This document shows, piece after piece, positions 1-5,032 of a stretch of DNA of 12,061 bases (its first letter is position 1; each line of letters starts with the position of its first letter). Below the pieces are notes generated by a model. The model was given only the letters and a program-made list of their open reading frames with translations. It was not told where the DNA came from and searched no databases. This DNA comes from a virus (Duplodnaviria > Heunggongvirae > Uroviricota > Caudoviricetes), in the IMG/VR virus record IMGVR_UViG_2648501669_000026. One strand, 5' to 3'. The position numbers and the translations under genes are program-made.

Positions 1-1041
1 ATGGCATTACCGTTAAGGGATTATTATCCAGTTACCCGCGCCGCGAATTTACTTGGCTGTGAAGTGAACGATTTGTTCCACTGGGCGAGAAGGGGGTATA
101 TAGAATTATATGCGTATATTGATTCGGCTTGTGGTGTTGTTCACATGCATGAGCTTGATTATTTTCTCCCATTTATTGATCAAGAGGTGAGGGGGTGGGT
201 TAAATCGTTGCAAGAAGAATCTTTACGGGCTGAACTGGATGATTTTGTGGATGAAAAAATCAACAGAACAATGGGCGTTTTTTGTAAGTTAAATTACCTG
301 AAAGAAGAAAGAATATACTTGTACTCTCTTTTGAACTTTCTGGCTAAAGGATGGGTTAATACGGGCTTCTGCTGGTTAAAAAATCTTAAAAATGAAGCCC
401 GGAAGAGTGTCGAAGATGCCTATTATTTCGAGGATGTATGCGCCGAACATTCTTTTAATCGTGATAGCGAATATATTGCAGAAGTGGGCGGTTTTTTTTC
501 TATTGATTCTCATAATATACTTGAAGATATTGAATTAAATGGATGTTGTATTTGTTCTGGTGAAAATTTTGAAGGTGTATATAGCGGGTTGTCTGTTTTT
601 CTTCCTCAAAGCAATAATATAAATCTAAACAAAAATAACCTGTTTTTATTCAAAGATGATTTTATCATTCTTAATGATTTCTCTTCTGAAAAAGAAGGTG
701 ATACAGGAGAGCAATTGAATAAAAAATATTTATATGGCTATGATATGGAGTCAATATATATTCAATTGAACGAGAAGAATACATTCTTTCAACCCTGCGA
801 TGAGTCGATTAGTAGACAAAATGAGCATAAAAAAGAATTAAACCCTCAGCTTGATAAAAAAACGCGAGTATCCAAAGCAGAAAGAGTATTTATACAATTG
901 GCAATAAAAGAACATTACCACGAGTTTATAGACAGTCCGGGAACCATTGCCAATATATTCACCGCCTTGTCTAAAAAGCATGAAAGCCCTTTCGATTTCG
1001 ATAAAAGCACCATAGGCAGGTGGATTAAAACCGCTCGCTAA
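1..1041 (+). CDS. Hypothetical protein; N-terminal excisionase/MerR-type helix-turn-helix fused to an AT-rich body of unknown function. May be 5'-truncated by the window edge.
   Basis: 346-codon open frame from position 1, stop TAA 1039..1041. Residues ~8-35 (YYPVTRAANLLGCEVNDLFHWARRGYIEL) match the HTH_17/excisionase pattern. GC is about 40-47% in the first ~180 nt and about 23-35% in the rest (hand counts of 60-nt blocks), against about 50% in neighbouring genes. No family recognised for the body. Confidence 0.6.
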   Translation: MALPLRDYYPVTRAANLLGCEVNDLFHWARRGYIELYAYIDSACGVVHMHELDYFLPFIDQEVRGWVKSLQEESLRAELDDFVDEKINRTMGVFCKLNYLKEERIYLYSLLNFLAKGWVNTGFCWLKNLKNEARKSVEDAYYFEDVCAEHSFNRDSEYIAEVGGFFSIDSHNILEDIELNGCCICSGENFEGVYSGLSVFLPQSNNINLNKNNLFLFKDDFIILNDFSSEKEGDTGEQLNKKYLYGYDMESIYIQLNEKNTFFQPCDESISRQNEHKKELNPQLDKKTRVSKAERVFIQLAIKEHYHEFIDSPGTIANIFTALSKKHESPFDFDKSTIGRWIKTAR

Positions 1042-1059
1042 CTATTTTTTAACAATTCA

Positions 1060-1095
1060 GGGCTTAATAAGTCTATTTGAGGGCTTATTAAGCCC
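1060..1095 (+). terminator. Terminator-like hairpin or operator between ORF1 and the alpA-like gene
   Basis: GGGCTTAATAAG (1060..1071) is the exact reverse complement of CTTATTAAGCCC (1084..1095), giving a 12-bp perfect stem. It is followed by a pyrimidine-rich tract (TCTCCTTCTTGCTTTG), not a clean T-run. Confidence 0.4.
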
Positions 1096-1167
1096 TCTCC
1101 TTCTTGCTTTGTGCGGATTGCCTGGGGAAAAATCATTCCCGAAAAGCTCAGGATACGGGAGAAAAAC

Positions 1168-1479
1168 ATGATACAGCGCATATTCATTCCACCAACTCCA
1201 GAACAACGCCGAGCCATACTCGCTGAGTATGGTTTTGACTACGAAGAACGCATCAGGGAAGACACGTGTAAAAAGATGACCACGCTTTCACGTTCCCGGC
1301 GTTGGGAACTGGAGGCGATTGGCGCTTTCCCTTCCCGCCACTCTTTGGGGCGTTGTTCGTGTACTTGGCTATTAAGCGATGTTTTATGGTGGTTGCGTAA
1401 CCCGCCAACTATTGCCGAGGCAAATAATCCGCATGAAAACGCCAAAAAGAAAAAGAGAGACGCTGATTTACTGGAGTAA
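1168..1479 (+). CDS. alpA: AlpA-family (Phage_AlpA-type) HTH transcriptional regulator with a ~35-aa N-terminal extension
   Basis: ATG 1168 is preceded by GGGAGA at 6-nt spacing. The C-terminal half (MTTLSRSRRWELEAIGAFPSRHSLGRCSCTWLLSDVLWWL) fits the AlpA signature LSRSxxxxxxxxGxFPxxxxLGxxxxxWxxxxVxxWL. A GTG at 1111 is a less likely alternative start. Confidence 0.7.
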   Translation: MIQRIFIPPTPEQRRAILAEYGFDYEERIREDTCKKMTTLSRSRRWELEAIGAFPSRHSLGRCSCTWLLSDVLWWLRNPPTIAEANNPHENAKKKKRDADLLE

Positions 1480-1484
1480 CATTT

Positions 1485-2360
1485 ATGGAAAACACAATCA
1501 CGGTATTAACACCCGTTTTTAAAAACTGCCCGGAAATGACCACGATTGCATCGTGGCCCCGTAGTTTTGTATATCAAAAGGGACAATCTGAAGTCTCTTT
1601 GGTTATTCGTCTGATTGATATCATTGCATCAAAATACATGCACAGACACGCCGAGGAATATTGCGATATTACAGGGTATTGCCTGCCGTTAGTGCATAAA
1701 ATCAGTGATGAAGAGATGCGGGATATTGCGGAAGGTTGCGATATTGCCATTACACGCATCCGGCAAAAAATCCGCGAAGCAGAAAATAAAGTGACTGCTC
1801 AGGAAAATAAAATCAGCGAATTGCGTAACGCTCAGTTACAGCCCACGTGTGCTGATAACCCTTATGGTGATCGGTATTCAGTAAAAGACGTTATCGAGCA
1901 TGAAATGCGTCTGCTTGAAAATGAGAAACGGAATTGCGAAAAGACACGCGCTGTCTGTGAGCAGGCTATACGCCTTATTGGTACGGGGAAAAACCTTTCT
2001 CATGATGGCGGTAATGCGTGGATTTTTGCCGCTTCGTTTGACGGACTGGAGCCGGAAACAAATCGCCGTATCAATATTTATAAAGAGATTATTTCGGCTG
2101 TCAGTGCGATCGTCACTTTACGCAATGAAGAAATTAAGCACATTCCTTATTCAGTAATGGCTAAATACAACCATTTACGGCAGGAATATATTAATGATGC
2201 ATTACGTACTCTGACGAAGCATTATTACAGCAACGGCAGTGAAACCATCCGCCATGCGATGACGCTACAGGAATACACCGGAATAAGTATGCCACGAATT
2301 GAACGGGATGCGGCGACCGCTTTGCTGTCTGTACATACCGAAAAGAAAGATATTGTTTAA
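1485..2360 (+). CDS. Hypothetical 291-aa protein with a central coiled-coil; capsid-scaffold-like only by position and size
   Basis: ATG 1485 lies 5 nt after the alpA stop, with GGAG 8 nt upstream. Heptad-like charged segment IRQKIREAENKVTAQENKISELRNAQLQ. No family recognised; it does not match my recollection of P2 GpO. Confidence 0.55.
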   Translation: MENTITVLTPVFKNCPEMTTIASWPRSFVYQKGQSEVSLVIRLIDIIASKYMHRHAEEYCDITGYCLPLVHKISDEEMRDIAEGCDIAITRIRQKIREAENKVTAQENKISELRNAQLQPTCADNPYGDRYSVKDVIEHEMRLLENEKRNCEKTRAVCEQAIRLIGTGKNLSHDGGNAWIFAASFDGLEPETNRRINIYKEIISAVSAIVTLRNEEIKHIPYSVMAKYNHLRQEYINDALRTLTKHYYSNGSETIRHAMTLQEYTGISMPRIERDAATALLSVHTEKKDIV

Positions 2361-2370
2361 GGGGAAATGT

Positions 2371-3423
2371 ATGTTTTTTAATATTAATGACCTGAAAGAT
2401 AAAGCCGGAAGCGTGCTTGAAAATATCAATATTTCATCTCCAGCGGTGAACGAAAATGAAACTGACATTAATAGCGCGCTTGCAGAAAAAGATCTTTACG
2501 CACGCATCAGTGCATACACACAAAAAAATCCGTTTGTGCATTTTATTTCGCCCTCTAACTGGCTTTCCGGGCAAATAAAATACCTGTCAGTTAATCCGCA
2601 TCAGTCCGCTATTAACCTTATTGGGGATGCGCGCTTATCCACCGGACGCGCAGAGGAAGGACGCTTTAGCCGTGCCATGGATATTAAAGGCTCTCCGATT
2701 GAATGCTATGAGATGGACTCATGCGAATATCTCGACTGGATTAACTTGGTTGTGATGGCCAATGTGGCGAATGACGACAAAAACCGCGATGCACTGCTGG
2801 GGATTTTGTGTGGCTATCTGACCAGCAAAATTTATCTGGACGATCTGCGGATTGGCTTTAACGGCAAGTCAGCGGCAACCTTCACCACACCGGACACCAA
2901 CCCGAACGGCGAGGATGTTGCGCCCGGCTGGCATGAAATTGCCAGGAAGGCAAGCGAAGGACGACAGATTATCAGCGATGCCATTACGCTGGGCGCAGGT
3001 GGTGATTTTCCGGGGGTAGATGCACTGGCGCAGCATCTGATTAAAACGAAAATTGCCGCACAGTGGCAGAACGATCCACGCCTTGTGGTGATGGTGGGAT
3101 CAGAACTTGCAGCTGCCGAACGTCTGCGTCTTTTCAGCACCGCAAACGGCGCAGGAGATACCGAAGCCGCCAGCGCATGGGGAAGCACCATTGCCGGGCA
3201 TTTTGCCTTTGTGCCACCGTTTATGCCGGGTAAACGTCTGGCTGTGACCACACTCCCGAACCTGCTGATTAACATCATTGAAGGCTCTTACCGCACAGAG
3301 TTCGATATGAACAAAGACACCAAACGCCTGAACATGCGGGCATGGCGTCATCAGGGCTACGGGCTGGCGGATGTGAATCTTTACGCGGCAGTGGATGAGG
3401 GCGCGATTACGCTTAATCCGTGA
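2371..3423 (+). CDS. Putative P2 GpN-family major capsid-like protein (tentative)
   Basis: ATG 2371 with AAGGGG 5-6 nt upstream; the ORF-track start at 2299 overlaps the preceding gene and is rejected. Collinear motifs GFNG, NP-x3-DVAPGW, GAGGDFPGVDAL and DPRLVVMVGSEL match P2 GpN as I recall it (GFNG, DVAVGW, GKGGDYASLDAL, DPDLVVIVGRQL). Size 350 aa versus 357 aa for GpN. Based on memory only. Confidence 0.55.
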   Translation: MFFNINDLKDKAGSVLENINISSPAVNENETDINSALAEKDLYARISAYTQKNPFVHFISPSNWLSGQIKYLSVNPHQSAINLIGDARLSTGRAEEGRFSRAMDIKGSPIECYEMDSCEYLDWINLVVMANVANDDKNRDALLGILCGYLTSKIYLDDLRIGFNGKSAATFTTPDTNPNGEDVAPGWHEIARKASEGRQIISDAITLGAGGDFPGVDALAQHLIKTKIAAQWQNDPRLVVMVGSELAAAERLRLFSTANGAGDTEAASAWGSTIAGHFAFVPPFMPGKRLAVTTLPNLLINIIEGSYRTEFDMNKDTKRLNMRAWRHQGYGLADVNLYAAVDEGAITLNP

Positions 3424-3440
3424 TGGCTGGATAAGAAAAC

Positions 3441-3460
3441 GGCCCGCAAGATGGCGGGCC
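3441..3460. terminator. GC-rich hairpin after the capsid-like gene, looks bidirectional
   Basis: GGCCCGC (3441..3447), 6-nt loop, GCGGGCC (3454..3460), 18 nt past the stop. A-rich upstream and no T-run downstream on +, so the U-tract is on the - strand side. Confidence 0.35.
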
Positions 3461-3574
3461 GCTAACCACAAAAGGAAAAATCTACGAATCTACAGTTCGG
3501 GAATGATTATGAACTTTTTACGTACAGAAATCAATCACTCAGCGCAATCACGCAAAAATAATTTGCAATATTAC

Positions 3575-3604
3575 TTGACTCGCTTTTTTGTCATGGCGTA
3601 TCGT
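3575..3604 (+). promoter_or_regulatory. Candidate sigma70-type promoter for the early operon
   Basis: TTGACT (3575..3580), 18-bp spacer, TATCGT (3599..3604). Paired AATCAC half-sites lie just upstream (3530..3550). Sequence-only prediction. Confidence 0.3.
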
Positions 3605-3633
3605 TTGCCCGCACCTCATAAAGCGGGTGCCGG

Positions 3634-3817
3634 GTTTGACAGCCTGATTGTTAGAGCGGGTAGCCGCTATATTTCCGTAATGCGGTTTTTTTGTGCCCGT
3701 AATTCCACCCTACCCCGTATTATGGCGGGGCGTAATGGGGGAGCCTTTGCGCTCGCTGGTTTCTCTAACGCCAGTCTGTCAACCCTGTTACGTCCCGCCA
3801 CCATGTTTGACAGCGTG
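3634..3817 (+). promoter_or_regulatory. Untranslated leader with a 13-bp repeat triplet, P4 seqA/seqB/seqC-like
   Basis: GTTTGACAGCCTG (3634..3646) and GTTTGACAGCGTG (3805..3817) are direct repeats, 12/13 identical. CAGTCTGTCAACC (3772..3784) is an imperfect inverted copy (11/13 pairing). A short hairpin plus T7 run sits at 3680..3700. No SD-supported ORF between 3465 and 3856. Confidence 0.3.
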
Positions 3818-3856
3818 CTGGCGAGACTCCGTAAATCAGTTAGAGGAGCCGCCAAA

Positions 3857-4030
3857 ATGGCTATATCAACACGCCCTGATTTTATCTGGCGCTTTATGCA
3901 GTGCCACGGTAAAAATATTCGCCTTCATACCGTTACCGCTGCCAGTGAGCGCGAAGCGCGCGCCATGCTTCCGGCATCCCGTCTGGTCTTTGTTGCCCGT
4001 ATCCGTGTCCGGGAGGCGTGCCATGTTTAA
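3857..4030 (+). CDS. Small 57-aa protein, candidate Icd-like (host cell division inhibitor-like) family
   Basis: ATG 3857 with GAGGAG 8 nt upstream. The segment FIWRF...VTAASEREARAMLP...LVFVARIRV resembles the Icd-like small proteins I recall from P4-type prophages. The ORF-track extension back to 3395 overlaps the upstream gene and hairpin and has no SD. Confidence 0.5.
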   Translation: MAISTRPDFIWRFMQCHGKNIRLHTVTAASEREARAMLPASRLVFVARIRVREACHV

Positions 4031-4211
4031 GCTCCTTATCACCCTGATTAACTGCCAGAACGGCGACGTTCGCCAGTTTGTTCATGCCGAGGAATACCCG
4101 ACCTGTGATGATGCGTTGCGTGCTGCCCGTCGCATGGAGTACACCCGCGCCAACAAACAGGGGAAATTAACCCACAAATGCACGGTAAACATTATGGAAA
4201 TGGAGGGGTAA
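4023..4211 (+). CDS. Hypothetical small protein (62 aa)
   Basis: ATG 4023 overlaps the upstream stop (ATGTTTAA), with GGGAGG 6 nt upstream. It is the SD-supported C-terminal part of ORF-track frame 3693..4211. Confidence 0.5.
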   Translation: MFKLLITLINCQNGDVRQFVHAEEYPTCDDALRAARRMEYTRANKQGKLTHKCTVNIMEMEG

Positions 4212-4213
4212 CA

Positions 4214-4402
4214 ATGTACGAAATTCATATTAAATTGTGTAATGTGATTACGGGAGAAGAAGCAAACTATCGCGCGCCACTTAAATATAAATCGAGAAAA
4301 GAAGCGGCAATTGATGTATTCAGGTATGCAGAAGAAATTTCATCTAAATACCAGGGAGCAGAAGAAGAACTCACAGTATCAGCGGTGGAGGCAGAGCAAT
4401 GA
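4214..4402 (+). CDS. Hypothetical small acidic protein (62 aa), AT-rich
   Basis: ATG 4214 with GGAGGGG 5 nt upstream. About 35-40% GC by hand count. Stop overlaps the next start (ATGA at 4399..4402). Confidence 0.5.
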   Translation: MYEIHIKLCNVITGEEANYRAPLKYKSRKEAAIDVFRYAEEISSKYQGAEEELTVSAVEAEQ

Positions 4403-4617
4403 AAACCCGTTCAACATCCCGTAAAAATAATGGCAGTGGTGAAAAACGTTTCTTTGTGCTGGGTTATGCCGTTAATAAGCGCGGGTTAACCAAACATGCA
4501 CATGCAACGGTATACGGAACGGGGCCGGGCGAAGCCATACGCCGCGCAGCCGAAGGACTGGAAGAGCTGGGAATGACACATTTCAGGGCGTTGAAGGTTA
4601 CGCAGCTTTCTGCCTGA
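4399..4617 (+). CDS. Hypothetical small basic protein (72 aa)
   Basis: ATG 4399 with GGTGGAGG 7 nt upstream; 4-nt overlap with the preceding ORF suggests translational coupling. Confidence 0.5.
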   Translation: MKTRSTSRKNNGSGEKRFFVLGYAVNKRGLTKHAHATVYGTGPGEAIRRAAEGLEELGMTHFRALKVTQLSA

Positions 4618-4684
4618 TTCCCGAATTACCAACTGATAACTGAATTCAATTTATATTTCGGCCTTAACGGTCGGGGAGTTTTTT

Positions 4685-4990
4685 ATGTCTGAAAATCAGA
4701 ATTACGCAAATCTTTTACATAAAGAATATGTTGGTTTTTTTACAGAGGATGCAAAAGAAGATCTCACAGATGTAATTAGTCTCGTCAACCTTATATCTAT
4801 CATGTTTGATGAAAGAAGCTGCGGAGTGGGTGCAGAAATTACCAATAAAGATATTACATCTCTGTCTAATATTATTAGTCGGGAATTACAATCAATAAAA
4901 TCAGGTATGCATCTTTCTGGCGGCATTTTTTCATGGCGTCAGGCTGAAGCAGCAGGGATTGCCCGGAAACAAGAAGTAACGAGTAATTAA
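4685..4990 (+). CDS. Hypothetical 101-aa protein, AT-rich cargo-like gene just upstream of the primase
   Basis: ATG 4685 with GGGGAG 7 nt upstream. About 25-37% GC versus about 50% in flanking genes. No recognisable motif. The - strand ORF 4702..4926 overlapping it is treated as antisense artefact. Confidence 0.55.
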   Translation: MSENQNYANLLHKEYVGFFTEDAKEDLTDVISLVNLISIMFDERSCGVGAEITNKDITSLSNIISRELQSIKSGMHLSGGIFSWRQAEAAGIARKQEVTSN

Positions 4991-4996
4991 TAAAAG

Positions 4997-5019
4997 CCCA
5001 CTGCAAAAGGTGCAGTGGG
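4997..5019 (+). terminator. Stable hairpin between the 101-aa ORF and the primase start; weak terminator or translational control element
   Basis: CCCACTGCA (4997..5005), loop AAAGG, TGCAGTGGG (5011..5019), a 9-bp perfect stem. No T-run downstream on +; the 3' arm abuts the primase SD GGAGGG (5020..5025). Confidence 0.3.
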
Positions 5020-5032
5020 GAGGGATTTATAT

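Noticed and set aside
2299-2370. N-terminal extension of the capsid-like ORF
   Set aside because: It overlaps the last 60 nt of the upstream gene. ATG 2371 has a proper SD and starts just after the upstream stop.
3395-4030. 211-aa ORF from the six-frame track
   Set aside because: Its 5' part overlaps the end of the capsid-like gene and the hairpin at 3441..3460, has no SD, and has noncoding-like composition. Only the last 57 codons from ATG 3857 (strong GAGGAG SD) are kept as a gene.
3693-4211. 172-aa ORF from the six-frame track
   Set aside because: It overlaps the Icd-like gene in another frame. Only the C-terminal 62 codons from ATG 4023 have an SD and a coupled start.
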